Shown: positions 1 through 8,975 of the stretch, piece after piece
How the letters are laid out: each line of letters opens with the position of its first letter
Numbering within the stretch: the stretch's first letter is position 1
IMG/VR virus record: IMGVR_UViG_3300027708_000001
Strand: one strand, 5' to 3'
DNA from: an uncultured virus (IMG/VR IMGVR_UViG_3300027708_000001)
Lineage: Duplodnaviria > Heunggongvirae > Uroviricota > Caudoviricetes
Length of the DNA stretch: 20,000 nucleotides
The notes under the pieces: model-generated
The model's input: the letters and a program-made list of their open reading frames with translations, nothing else
Databases searched by the model: none
Told to the model about the DNA's origin: nothing
Position numbers and translations under genes: made by a program

Positions 1-1
1 C

Positions 2-1873
2 GATACCCTCAACCATACCCTCAAAGAATGCGTCTAGCTCACTATCAAAGTTACTAGAAGTAACCCCCTCAGCCAGTGTTTGTAGGAATGTACTTTGCTG
101 AGTGTTTAGATCATTACTTGTGATACCTTCAATATCAGTGAGTACAAACTGAGTACCAATAAGTGATGAGTCTGCGCTATTAAGATTTTCTGTGTCTGTA
201 AGAGCGAAATTAGCATTAGCTATTTCTGTGTCTGCTAAAGCAGTGGATTCCGTTTGGCTCTCTAAGAACGCACTCTGTTGGGCGCTTGTGTCTAAAAGCC
301 CAGAGTCTTCTGCAACTGTAGCCGCAAACTGCGCTGCGATAGTTTCGCTATCCGCACTAACAATACCTTCAGTATCACTAGCAGCAAACTGTGCTGTAAT
401 CGTACTAGGCTCACCCGGTACATAAATAATCGCCCCATCTTCCCCACCAGCGAATACAGGTGCACCGTAGTAATATACTGAATAGGCAGCGTTAGTTGGG
501 TCTACGACTATAGGTACTAGATAAGTAGTGCTGAACCCTTCAGTTATGCTGTATGCGGTAGATAATCCCCCCGCTATTACTTCTGAGACTAGGGCAGCTT
601 CAGTATGTGTTAGTGAGTACTGTGTAACGGTGGTGGTACTATCCGCAGGGGCTAGGTCTTCAACTGGGGTAAATACATATACAATACTGCCCGTAGCAAT
701 GAGGTCTAGAACATTTACCGCTTCCGCAATAGCCGCTGCAAACTGAGCGGTGGAAGTAGTTACATCCGTAACCTGTGAATCTTCAGTAATCGTTACTGGG
801 TATTGCGCATTAATGCTTATAGCATCTGCAGCGGAAGCACTCTCGGTCTGGCTCTCTAAGAAACTACTTTGTTGTGTGCTCTGATCTGTAGCAGTAGTAG
901 TTTCTGTTATTGTGTTAAGCAGTGCACTTGTATTACTTGGTGTATCAGCTATTGCACTGATACCTTCGATTATTCCCTCAAAGAATACGTCCTGCTCACT
1001 ATCATAGTTAGCAACCCCAGTATCTTCAGTCCGACTTTCTAAGAACGCACTCTGTTGATCACTTGAATCGGCAGAAGTAATAGACTCTATGGGGGAATAA
1101 AATACTCCTAAATATACAGTAGCAGCATCTGCGTTAGTAATACCCTCAGTATCACTAGCAGCGAACTGCGCTGTGGCAGTCTCAGTTTCAGCAACCCCTG
1201 TATTTTCAGTTTGGTTAGTAGCGAATTGCGCACCGATAGCTTCGGTTTCAGCAACCCCTGTATCTTCAGTCTGGCTAGCAGCGAACTGCGCCGAAATAGA
1301 TTCGGTTTCAGCAACCCCTGTATTTTCAGTTTGACTCTCTAGGAAACTCGATACTGTAGTGTAGGAGTCATTAGCAGCAACATTCTCAGTATCAGACACC
1401 GCGAACAACGCAGCGATAACAATTACATCAGCAGGTTGAGAATCCTCAGTAAGCGCTTGATTAAAGACACTAGACTGTGTGCTGAAATCAGCTTGCTGCG
1501 AATCTTCAGTAATTGACTGCCCGAATGTGCTTGATTGTGCACTGGAGTCAGTAGAGTTTAACCCTTCAACTATACCTTCAAAGAAGTTATCTTGTTCACT
1601 ATCAACACTAAGCAGCGCACTGATAGCTTCAACTAAGTTTGAAGTGAAGGTCGATTGTTGGGAGTTTGCATCAGTAACCGCAAACGATTCGACCTGTGTA
1701 ACCCCTACGCTAACCGCGTATGAGTCTGCAGAAGATAAAGATTCAGTAAGAGTAGCACTTAACCCAACAGTGGAGGAATCTGTGGGCTGTAAATCTTCGG
1801 TGATAGTTACCTGATAGGCATTCCCTGAAAGGGCGGCAATTGGCGACTGTGCAAATGACCCCCCAGCGAACAT
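2..1873 (-). CDS. Long acidic 20-aa-repeat virion (tail-associated) protein, 3'-truncated by the window edge (>624 aa)
   Basis: Not in the ORF track because no stop lies in the window. Hand translation from ATG 1873 (MFAGGSFAQSPIAALSGNAYQVTITED...) stays open to position 2. AAGGGTG SD-like sequence upstream. ~20-aa periodicity (x-TE-x...AQF/SxF). Function inferred from position after the tail fibre. Confidence 0.85.
   Translation of the reverse strand, partial: MFAGGSFAQSPIAALSGNAYQVTITEDLQPTDSSTVGLSATLTESLSSADSYAVSVGVTQVESFAVTDANSQQSTFTSNLVEAISALLSVDSEQDNFFEGIVEGLNSTDSSAQSSTFGQSITEDSQQADFSTQSSVFNQALTEDSQPADVIVIAALFAVSDTENVAANDSYTTVSSFLESQTENTGVAETESISAQFAASQTEDTGVAETEAIGAQFATNQTENTGVAETETATAQFAASDTEGITNADAATVYLGVFYSPIESITSADSSDQQSAFLESRTEDTGVANYDSEQDVFFEGIIEGISAIADTPSNTSALLNTITETTTATDQSTQQSSFLESQTESASAADAISINAQYPVTITEDSQVTDVTTSTAQFAAAIAEAVNVLDLIATGSIVYVFTPVEDLAPADSTTTVTQYSLTHTEAALVSEVIAGGLSTAYSITEGFSTTYLVPIVVDPTNAAYSVYYYGAPVFAGGEDGAIIYVPGEPSTITAQFAASDTEGIVSADSETIAAQFAATVAEDSGLLDTSAQQSAFLESQTESTALADTEIANANFALTDTENLNSADSSLIGTQFVLTDIEGITSNDLNTQQSTFLQTLAEGVTSSNFDSELDAFFEGMVEGI
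1187..1333. repeat. Imperfect 60-bp tandem repeat within the acidic protein gene
   Basis: TTCAGCAACCCCTGTAT(T/C)TTCAGT(T/C)TG recurs at 60-bp spacing (~1187, 1247, 1307) and encodes QTE(N/D)TGVAE. Confidence 0.85.
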
Positions 1874-1886
1874 ACTTCACCCTTAT

Positions 1887-1910
1887 AAAAGCTGAGGCCC
1901 GAAGGCCTCA
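1887..1910 (-). terminator. Intrinsic terminator / UUCG hairpin
   Basis: Minus strand UGAGGCC-UUCG-GGCCUCA-GC-UUUU: 7-bp stem with a cUUCGg tetraloop, just after the 56-aa gene. Confidence 0.75.
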
Positions 1911-1921
1911 TGACGTACTTA

Positions 1922-2092
1922 TTATGCTACAGGAGCAGGTGCGGGCGCTACCTCTTGGGCAGGAGCCTTAGTTTCTTGTTCAAGCTTGCTCTGTAGTTTC
2001 ATGTATAGGCTCCAAGCCCCGGATTCGGTAGGCAATTTACCTAAAGTTGCTGCAATTGCTTGTACTTCTTGAATGTCTAATTCTAAATTCAT
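1922..2092 (-). CDS. Small 56-aa protein downstream of the tail fibre (MNLELDIQEVQAIAATLGKLPTESGAWSLYMKLQSKLEQETKAPAQEVAPAPAPVA)
   Basis: Below the ORF-track cutoff and translated by hand. Strong SD AAGGAGA upstream of ATG 2092, and the gene fills the gap between the fibre gene and the terminator. Confidence 0.85.
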   Translation of the reverse strand: MNLELDIQEVQAIAATLGKLPTESGAWSLYMKLQSKLEQETKAPAQEVAPAPAPVA

Positions 2093-2106
2093 GTAACTCT
2101 CCTTGT

Positions 2107-2136
2107 TCGGACTACAGTAGGGTGCCCGATTACCCT
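2107..2136 (-). promoter_or_regulatory. Predicted H-type RNA pseudoknot spanning the fibre stop codon, just 5' of the next SD
   Basis: AGGGU-AA-UCGGGC-ACCCU-ACUGUA-GUCCGA. S1 is AGGGU/ACCCU (5 bp) and S2 is UCGGGC/GUCCGA (6 bp, one GU). Confidence 0.55.
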
Positions 2137-5100
2137 TTATTTAACTGCTGTTTGAGTAATCTTACTTCCGCTTCAAGTTCTTGTACAGCTTTAACAAGGT
2201 ACGGAACTAAGTTTTGATTGATGGATAACATCCCATCTTCGCTTTCAGCGACTTGCTCAGGTAACACTTCTTGGTACTCTTGAGCAATAAAACCAAAATC
2301 ATGGCGGTCATCTTTAATGTAATCAAACTCTACTGGGCGTAGGGCAGTGATAACAGACAATCCGTTCTCTAAGGATACAACATTTTTCTTAATACGGATA
2401 TCGGAAGTTACTGACCAAGAACCTGAGTTATTCTTTTGGTACCACCCGTTTGCACCTGTTGTTTGGTAGTACGCACCGACTGTACCATTACCATCAGAAA
2501 ATACTATCCAATATGATCCCGACCCACTAATAGGCGCTGCTGCTCCTGAATATGCTCCAATAACCGTATTATATGACCCGGTTATAGAAAATCCTGCGTT
2601 GATAGCACCAACTGCTGTGTTATAGTTACCAGCGGTATTCATATTTAACGCGTTAGCACCTACTGCTGTGTTATAGGTACCAGTAGTAGTAGAAGATAAC
2701 GCGCCACTACCAACTGCTGTATTTTGCCCCGTAGTAGCATTACTTAATGCAGCAAAACCGATTGCTACACCGCTACCAGTAGTATTTTTATTTAATGCTT
2801 GATAGCCAACTGCTACGCTATAATTACCACTAGTATTAGAATATAACGATTGGTAACCAACTGCTATGTTGGAACTACCGACATTATTAAGATATAACGA
2901 TTGATACCCCACTGCTACGTTGTTATTACCAGTAGTATTGGAATATAACGCTGCCTGTCCAAATGCTGAATTATACATCCCAGTAGATGTTCCGGAAGCA
3001 CCGAAAAGTGCGTTATACCCAAAAGCATCATTCAAACCACCTGTTTGATAAAAGGCAGCATTGTACCCCACTGCGGTGGAGGTAGAGCCAGTAGTATTAG
3101 AGATTAATGATCGCTGCCCCACTGCTACGTTGTTATTACCAGTAGTATTATTCCTTAATGCTTGTTGCCCAAATGCGGAGTTACCAGTTCCAGTAGCTCC
3201 GGCACCGCCATAAAGTGCGTTACCCCCAAAAGCATCGTTGGTACCGCCTGTTAGATTCGTAGCAGCGCCATACCCCACTACGGTAGAGTTATAAGCAGTA
3301 GTATTATTATATAGTGCGTTCAGTCCTATCGCTACGTTACTACCACCAGTAGTATTAGCATATAACGCTTGATACCCAATTGCTACGTTGAAGCTACAAC
3401 TAGTACTAGAATATGCCGCGCTACCACCCACCGCAACATTGGTAGAACCACTAGTCATAGCTTGTGATGCTTGATACCCCACTGCTACGTTGTTAGATCC
3501 AGTTGTAAGACTTTTTAAAGATTGCTGCCCAAATGCAGCATTATTTGTCCCTGTAGATGAGCCAGAAGCACCATAAAGTGCTTGATATCCAAAAGCATCA
3601 TTCAAACCACCTGTTTGATTATAGGCAGCTTGAACCCCAACTGCTGTGTTAGTACCGCCAGTAGTGTTAGAAAACAGCGACATATACCCAACTGCGGTGC
3701 TGTTATTCCCAGTAGTATTAGACATTAACGCTGTCTGTCCAATTGCTGTATTTTGGTACCCAGTAGTATTATTTCTTAACGCGGTGCTACCAAATGCTGA
3801 GTTTTGTGTGCCCGTAGATGTGCCGGAAGCACCATATAGTGCTTGGGCCCCGAAAGCATCGTTGTACCCATATAGTTGATAATATGCAGCTTGATACCCA
3901 ACTGCTGTCGCTTGGTTAGCACTAGTCTGAGAATATAATGATTGATACCCCACTGCTACGTTTTGCACGCCCATAGTGTTAAAGTATAACGATTGCTGCC
4001 CCACTGCTATATTATAATTACCAGTAGTAAGAGAGTATAACGCTGCCTGTCCAAATGCGGCATTATTTGTCCCTGTAGATGAGCCAGAAGTACCTAGAAG
4101 TGCGTTATACCCGAAAGCATCGTTGTTACCACCTGTTTGGTACTGGGCAGCTTGATGCCCAACTGCGGTGTTGTTATTGTTAGTAGTAAGAGAGAATAAC
4201 GTTTGTTGCCCAATTGCTATGTTGAAATTACCACTAGTATTAAAGTATAACGATTGAGGCCCAACTGCTACGTTACTGCCACCAGAAGTATTACTTTTTA
4301 ATGCGGCGTACCCAAATGCTACGTTAGTATAACCAGTAGTAAGAGAGAATAACGCTGCCTGTCCAAATGCGGCATTATACTGCCCAGTAGATGTTCCAGA
4401 AGCACCGGAAAGTGCGTTAGACCCGAAAGCATCATTATTACCACCTGTTTGAAAAAAGGCAGCTTGATAACCAACCGCGGTGGAATAAGAGGCAGTAGTA
4501 TTAAAATATAACGTTTGTTGCCCAATTGCTATGTTACTGCTACCAGTAGTATTTTTATATAATGCTTGTTGCCCAAATGCGGAATTAAATGAGCCAGTAG
4601 ATGCACCATAAGCGCCATATAGCGCTTTAACGCCAAAAGCATCATTATTACTACTTGTTTGAAAAGTGGCAGCTTGATAACCAACCGCGGTGGAATTAGA
4701 GGTATTAGTATTATAAAATAGTGCGTTGTACCCAACTGCTACATTGTTAACACCAGTAGTATTAGAATACAGCGATTGTTGCCCTATTGCTACGTTTCCA
4801 GATCCAGTTGTAAGAGCGTATAGCGCTGATTGTCCAAATGCAGAATTATATCCACCAGTAGATCCGGAAGCCCCATAAAGTGCTTGATATCCAAAAGCAT
4901 CGTTGGTACCGCCTGTTAGATTCGTAGCAGCGCCATACCCCACTGCGGTGGAATTAGAGGCAGTAGTATTACTTTTTAATGTTTGATATCCAACTGCTGT
5001 GGAATTAGAACCAGTAGTATTAGAATACAGCGATTGGTACCCAACTGCAGTGGAATTAGAGCCAGCGATACTACTCGCTAATGCTTGGTATCCAAACACG

Positions 5101-5528
5101 GAGTTATTTGTGCCAACCCCAGTTCCAACAGTAAGACCGTGAATAGTCGCATCGTTAGTTACGGTAAGCCCTGCGGGGAGTGTTACGTTGTTGCTTATAT
5201 CTGTATAAACAGCTTTTTCAGCCGGGTATGTACAAAACACAGTAAGTGTGTTTGTAGTGCTGAAACTAATTAGCGATGTGTTATTTGATGAGTTCGCAAG
5301 AACTGTAGTACGGCTTAAGGTATTGGGTGTACCCGCCGTGACTGTACCTATACCTACTTCCCATTGGAATGCCAACGGATCATAAATACAGTAGTACGTA
5401 GTATTAGTAGAACCAACCGCGGTTATAAAAGACTTATATCCAGACGCAGCACCAGCAAGATTAACGGAGCCCGTACCCGTAGATACGGTCCCCGTTTCCT
5501 GAACACGATCAGCAACAACTAAAGCCAT
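2130..5528 (-). CDS. Tail fibre / receptor-binding protein (1132 aa): N-terminal anchor, long 14-aa N-x-A-[VIF]-G beta-roll-type repeat region, C-terminal intramolecular chaperone (peptidase S74-type)
   Basis: Dozens of 'NxA(V/I/F)GxxAL/SL..NTTG' repeats. The C-terminus has TSDIRIKKNV...LRPVEFDY...GFIAQE...LVKAVQEL plus a coiled coil, the hallmark of the autocleaving chaperone (Ser codon at 2403-2405). Confidence 0.93.
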   Translation of the reverse strand: MALVVADRVQETGTVSTGTGSVNLAGAASGYKSFITAVGSTNTTYYCIYDPLAFQWEVGIGTVTAGTPNTLSRTTVLANSSNNTSLISFSTTNTLTVFCTYPAEKAVYTDISNNVTLPAGLTVTNDATIHGLTVGTGVGTNNSVFGYQALASSIAGSNSTAVGYQSLYSNTTGSNSTAVGYQTLKSNTTASNSTAVGYGAATNLTGGTNDAFGYQALYGASGSTGGYNSAFGQSALYALTTGSGNVAIGQQSLYSNTTGVNNVAVGYNALFYNTNTSNSTAVGYQAATFQTSSNNDAFGVKALYGAYGASTGSFNSAFGQQALYKNTTGSSNIAIGQQTLYFNTTASYSTAVGYQAAFFQTGGNNDAFGSNALSGASGTSTGQYNAAFGQAALFSLTTGYTNVAFGYAALKSNTSGGSNVAVGPQSLYFNTSGNFNIAIGQQTLFSLTTNNNNTAVGHQAAQYQTGGNNDAFGYNALLGTSGSSTGTNNAAFGQAALYSLTTGNYNIAVGQQSLYFNTMGVQNVAVGYQSLYSQTSANQATAVGYQAAYYQLYGYNDAFGAQALYGASGTSTGTQNSAFGSTALRNNTTGYQNTAIGQTALMSNTTGNNSTAVGYMSLFSNTTGGTNTAVGVQAAYNQTGGLNDAFGYQALYGASGSSTGTNNAAFGQQSLKSLTTGSNNVAVGYQASQAMTSGSTNVAVGGSAAYSSTSCSFNVAIGYQALYANTTGGSNVAIGLNALYNNTTAYNSTVVGYGAATNLTGGTNDAFGGNALYGGAGATGTGNSAFGQQALRNNTTGNNNVAVGQRSLISNTTGSTSTAVGYNAAFYQTGGLNDAFGYNALFGASGTSTGMYNSAFGQAALYSNTTGNNNVAVGYQSLYLNNVGSSNIAVGYQSLYSNTSGNYSVAVGYQALNKNTTGSGVAIGFAALSNATTGQNTAVGSGALSSTTTGTYNTAVGANALNMNTAGNYNTAVGAINAGFSITGSYNTVIGAYSGAAAPISGSGSYWIVFSDGNGTVGAYYQTTGANGWYQKNNSGSWSVTSDIRIKKNVVSLENGLSVITALRPVEFDYIKDDRHDFGFIAQEYQEVLPEQVAESEDGMLSINQNLVPYLVKAVQELEAEVRLLKQQLNKG
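3226..4944. repeat. Exact 54-bp dispersed direct repeat inside the fibre gene (3226-3279 and 4891-4944), one of many near-identical blocks
   Basis: CCAAAAGCATCGTTGGTACCGCCTGTTAGATTCGTAGCAGCGCCATACCCCACT occurs at both positions. Confidence 0.85.
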
Positions 5529-5541
5529 TTAAGGCTCCTTA

Positions 5542-6150
5542 TTAGGAAGTGGCAGTTGTGCTGTATGTTACGCTAACTGTGTCGCCAGCGGTAGTTGCTT
5601 TTGCTACTGTGAAGTTACCTTCGGAATATAAAGTACCTGTAGTAGAGTTCTGGGTGTTTACTGCGCCCGTGCCCAATACTAAGAAGCAGCCATATACCGT
5701 ACCGCCCGCACCAGTGATGGTGTAGGTAACTGCAGTTGCAGTTGAAGAGGTTACGTTAGAAGGTGATGCACCTGTTGAAGATGATGCTGCAAACACTGCG
5801 GTACCACGAACAGCAGAACCACCTACGGTGTAGTTAATAAACTCAGCAGAGTTAGTAGTAACTAACGTGGTTAAAGTATCTGTAGCAAGCGGGGTCAAGG
5901 TCTTGTTGGTCAAGCCCAAGAAAGGACCCGTAACCGAGTAGCTAGTACCACGCAATAAAGTATCTAACATCAACTGCTTACCAGCAGAAACAACCAGATT
6001 GGGGAACTCGTCTTCCCACTTTAGATTACCGCTAACATCACGGCACTCTACTTTCCAATAGCCCTCAATACCCATACCTTCGGGGATCGATGCGTTTGCT
6101 TGCATGCTGACAACTGCGTTGTCGCCAAAATTTGAAAGTTCGTTTTGCAT
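5542..6150 (-). CDS. Tail-base / fibre-attachment structural protein (202 aa)
   Basis: Contains the 'KWEDEFPNLVVSAGKQLMLD' motif typical of phage tail-associated proteins. Thr/Gly-rich beta composition, SD AAGGA, directly upstream of the fibre gene. Confidence 0.7.
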   Translation of the reverse strand: MQNELSNFGDNAVVSMQANASIPEGMGIEGYWKVECRDVSGNLKWEDEFPNLVVSAGKQLMLDTLLRGTSYSVTGPFLGLTNKTLTPLATDTLTTLVTTNSAEFINYTVGGSAVRGTAVFAASSSTGASPSNVTSSTATAVTYTITGAGGTVYGCFLVLGTGAVNTQNSTTGTLYSEGNFTVAKATTAGDTVSVTYSTTATS

Positions 6151-6166
6151 AATTTTTCCTTTAATT

Positions 6167-6188
6167 AAAAAGGGGGGAATGTCCCCCC
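6167..6188 (-). terminator. Intrinsic terminator closing the four-gene cassette
   Basis: Minus strand GGGGGGA-CAU-UCCCCCC-UUUUU. Confidence 0.8.
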
Positions 6189-6195
6189 ATCTACA

Positions 6196-6840
6196 TTAAG
6201 CAGGGATTTCAGCCCAGATTAATGAATAGTCGATAGAAGCTGCAGCAAGAGTTGCAGACGAACCGAATGCTAGATATGTACCGGGAGCAACGATAATTGC
6301 ACCTTTAATATCATCCACATACACTGAAGCGTTCAAACCAGCGGTGGTGGTTACGTTACCTACTGATACAGAAGGAGCAACAAGTGTAGAGGCCAAAGCT
6401 GCGGTGTTTGCAGTGTTGATCATGCAGTACGAAGTAGAACCCGTAGATGCTTGTGAATACATGTTACGAGCCTGAGTCTGTGTACCCGTTACAGCCACAC
6501 CACCTTGGTTGACCTGCCAGAAAGCAAAATCCAGCGTACCAGCGGTAGTACCAGTGGTACGAATACCAACACGTGCTTGCAACAGCACGAGGTCAGTACC
6601 GGAGGTTGCGGGGTTGTAGATACCGAAAATTGGAGTACCAGCAGCACCACCAGTGAATGAAGTGGCGGTAGTGGTAGCGGCAGAAGCGATTGAGAAAATC
6701 TTACCTGCTTTCATGAGTGAATAATATACGGGGGCTAGTTCGGAAACATATGCCTCACCAAAAGTACCACCGGGAATGTTAGGTGTACCAGCGGTTTGAC
6801 GTGCTGAAGGCAGTGAGCCTACTTGGGATTGGATAATCAT
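6196..6840 (-). CDS. Putative virion / fibre-tip protein (214 aa)
   Basis: Clean ORF with SD AGGAG. A/T/G-rich beta-type sequence ending in LIWAEIPA. Last gene of the cassette. Confidence 0.65.
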   Translation of the reverse strand: MIIQSQVGSLPSARQTAGTPNIPGGTFGEAYVSELAPVYYSLMKAGKIFSIASAATTTATSFTGGAAGTPIFGIYNPATSGTDLVLLQARVGIRTTGTTAGTLDFAFWQVNQGGVAVTGTQTQARNMYSQASTGSTSYCMINTANTAALASTLVAPSVSVGNVTTTAGLNASVYVDDIKGAIIVAPGTYLAFGSSATLAAASIDYSLIWAEIPA

Positions 6841-6848
6841 AGAAACTC

Positions 6849-8657
6849 CTAATTGGTCATATTGCTAAAAGTTGAAGCTGGGTTGAGATAATCCGCTAAC
6901 ATACTATCAGGCTCGTCAGCGGAAGAACGGAAGCCATCTCTCAGTTGCCCTTCGTATGTGTAGTGTGTCAGCACGCGAAGAGTTCCTAAAATTTGAGTCA
7001 ATAATTCTTCAATAGACTGTTGGGCAGGTGAGCTTGGCACTCCTTTAACAAGTGGCGCTCCAAATGGATCAGTCTGAATTCTTCTCGCAGTGTTGGCTTG
7101 GTCAACCCCACCCATCATAACGGGGTTAACTGTTGATAGTGTAGCAGTGATTGGGTTGATCGAAGAGGTATGCCCTGAATAGGTAACGTTATACGCACCG
7201 ACCTGATAGCCTTGTGGTAGCTGACCCACCACCTGCGAGTTACCGTTTGTATCCGTCTGGATACGGCGAACTAAACCGTTATAGTCTGTACCTGCAACTA
7301 AGTTAGGGTTTGTAGCTGGGGCAGCACCTACCGCTGTACCGCCCTGCGTATTGGCGGTGACTGTACCACTTGAAATAACTACTGAAGGTAACCCAAATGA
7401 AGCATAGCTTGCGAATGGTGTTTGGCGTAAGTAGACAATAAGTGATGTCGCAGTAGCCGCTTGGAAACGCATGTAGCGTGCAGCAACAGGGAACGCGTAG
7501 ACAGCCGATGCAGTAGCTGCGGTAGCACTAGCATATGCGGTAGCAGTAGCTGTCATCTGGATGCCCAGAACCGCTGTAAAGTTCACACCGTCATTTGATT
7601 GTGTAACCGTAATTGCAACTGCAGCCGACTGCTGGAATACAACCGACTGATACCCAGTAGTATCAATCATCTGAGGGACGTTCACGCCCAAGTAAAGAGT
7701 TGCACTAGGGGGAGCATCAGAAGGTATCTGTGCGTTATTAACGTCAACCTTTGGTGCATTTAATGTGCGAGTGTTAAACGCAATGCCTGTTCCGTCCGAT
7801 ACAACTTGCTCAAGAATATTAACCCCGGCGAAGTCACCTGATTCATCACCAGTAATTGATACTTTGATCGGGTTATCCGTAGATTGAGCGGCAGCAAGTA
7901 TGGAATCCGTAACCGATAAGTTTGTATTAGAAACCGCAACAGTATTGACTGGGTTAGCAACCGTAACAGGGCCAGTGATACCCACAGACGTAACGGGGTT
8001 AGCAACCGTAACAGGGCCAGTGATACCCACAGACGTAACGGGGTTAGCAACTGTTACTGTATTGACTGGGTTAGAAACTGTGACCTGAAGTGGGGATTGA
8101 TCCGAAGCTAATACAACAGGAATACTGTTTGCAGATGCGGTCTGGCCTAATGAAAGGGGTGCCCCATTAATCTCATTGATTGCTGTAGCTGTGTTTCCAA
8201 GGCTAGTGGAAACCGGAATAACCCCATATGCAGTATGAATCGCTAATGCTGTAGTAGCAGTGGTACCAGTATTAGTAAACGATAAATTAAAATAATTACC
8301 GTTACCGGAAAACGATCTATTAAACCCTTGACCCGCAGTGAGGGTGTACACCCATGAGGTTGTCTTTTGTGTTCCTGCGGCGTCAATATATTGATTGATG
8401 ATCAATGTACCACTTTGATCATTAGATATTAGAATAGAGATACTCTGGTAATAGTAAATATTCTCTATCGCCCCGTTAAATGTCGCGTTGGGGTTAAGCT
8501 GTGCGGATGTTGTGTTACCCGTAGATACTTCAAAATCTGTAGCAACTATAGAAGTCGCTAGACCTGTTTGCGTGCCAGTATTAGCAAGAGTAGTTACATT
8601 ATTCCCGTTACTATCTTGTATAGTGCTAACGTTTGGTATTTGCCCAATATATGCCAT
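6849..8657 (-). CDS. Putative tail fibre/spike component (602 aa)
   Basis: MAYIG N-terminus. Internal VTVANPVTSVGITGP repeats and a duplicated NPxxxxGxDxxxxxRRIQTDxxG motif. Helical C-terminal EELLTQILGTLRVL. TAATG coupling to the upstream gene. Confidence 0.7.
   Translation of the reverse strand: MAYIGQIPNVSTIQDSNGNNVTTLANTGTQTGLATSIVATDFEVSTGNTTSAQLNPNATFNGAIENIYYYQSISILISNDQSGTLIINQYIDAAGTQKTTSWVYTLTAGQGFNRSFSGNGNYFNLSFTNTGTTATTALAIHTAYGVIPVSTSLGNTATAINEINGAPLSLGQTASANSIPVVLASDQSPLQVTVSNPVNTVTVANPVTSVGITGPVTVANPVTSVGITGPVTVANPVNTVAVSNTNLSVTDSILAAAQSTDNPIKVSITGDESGDFAGVNILEQVVSDGTGIAFNTRTLNAPKVDVNNAQIPSDAPPSATLYLGVNVPQMIDTTGYQSVVFQQSAAVAITVTQSNDGVNFTAVLGIQMTATATAYASATAATASAVYAFPVAARYMRFQAATATSLIVYLRQTPFASYASFGLPSVVISSGTVTANTQGGTAVGAAPATNPNLVAGTDYNGLVRRIQTDTNGNSQVVGQLPQGYQVGAYNVTYSGHTSSINPITATLSTVNPVMMGGVDQANTARRIQTDPFGAPLVKGVPSSPAQQSIEELLTQILGTLRVLTHYTYEGQLRDGFRSSADEPDSMLADYLNPASTFSNMTN
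7951..8051. repeat. 45-bp tandem repeat (2 copies plus a partial)
   Basis: GGGTTAGCAACCGTAACAGGGCCAGTGATACCCACAGACGTAACG starts at 7951 and 7996, with a partial copy at 8041. Confidence 0.9.
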
Positions 8658-8974
8658 TAACTCACCTCTACTACAGAGATTGTTACGTCAACTGCGTTGG
8701 ATGAAGCAACGGAAACAGTATACCCATAAGGCACCACAACCTTGGAGGAATTCAGCATATCTAATGCTGTACCCTTCGCAATTGATACATTATAGGCTAA
8801 GCTAGTAGATGCACCTGAGTTGCTTAAAGTAGCCGTGACTGTCGCAGCGGAGTTAGTTGTGTTTGCGATTAACAGCCCAATAATAGTCGCTTGAACTCCT
8901 GACGTACTAGGGGTATACACCGCTGTAGATGCTGTTACGCCTGATGCTTGAGCTACTTTGTAGTTAATTGCCAT
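8657..8974 (-). CDS. Small beta-rich virion adaptor-like protein (105 aa)
   Basis: MAINYK...AVYTP...ATIIGLLIANTT...VDVTISVVEVS. Tightly packed between the 236-aa and 602-aa genes. Confidence 0.7.
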   Translation of the reverse strand: MAINYKVAQASGVTASTAVYTPSTSGVQATIIGLLIANTTNSAATVTATLSNSGASTSLAYNVSIAKGTALDMLNSSKVVVPYGYTVSVASSNAVDVTISVVEVS

Positions 8975-8975
8975 A

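Noticed and set aside
2107..2160. Programmed -1 frameshift or readthrough at the fibre end stimulated by the pseudoknot
   Set aside because: There is no in-frame X XXY YYZ heptamer at the proper spacing, the structure overlaps the stop itself, and another in-frame stop (TAG) follows five codons later.
2130..5528. Diversity-generating retroelement acting on the fibre
   Set aside because: No reverse transcriptase or non-coding template repeat is in the window. The repeats are in-frame intragenic copies, and I saw no adenine-specific mismatch pattern.
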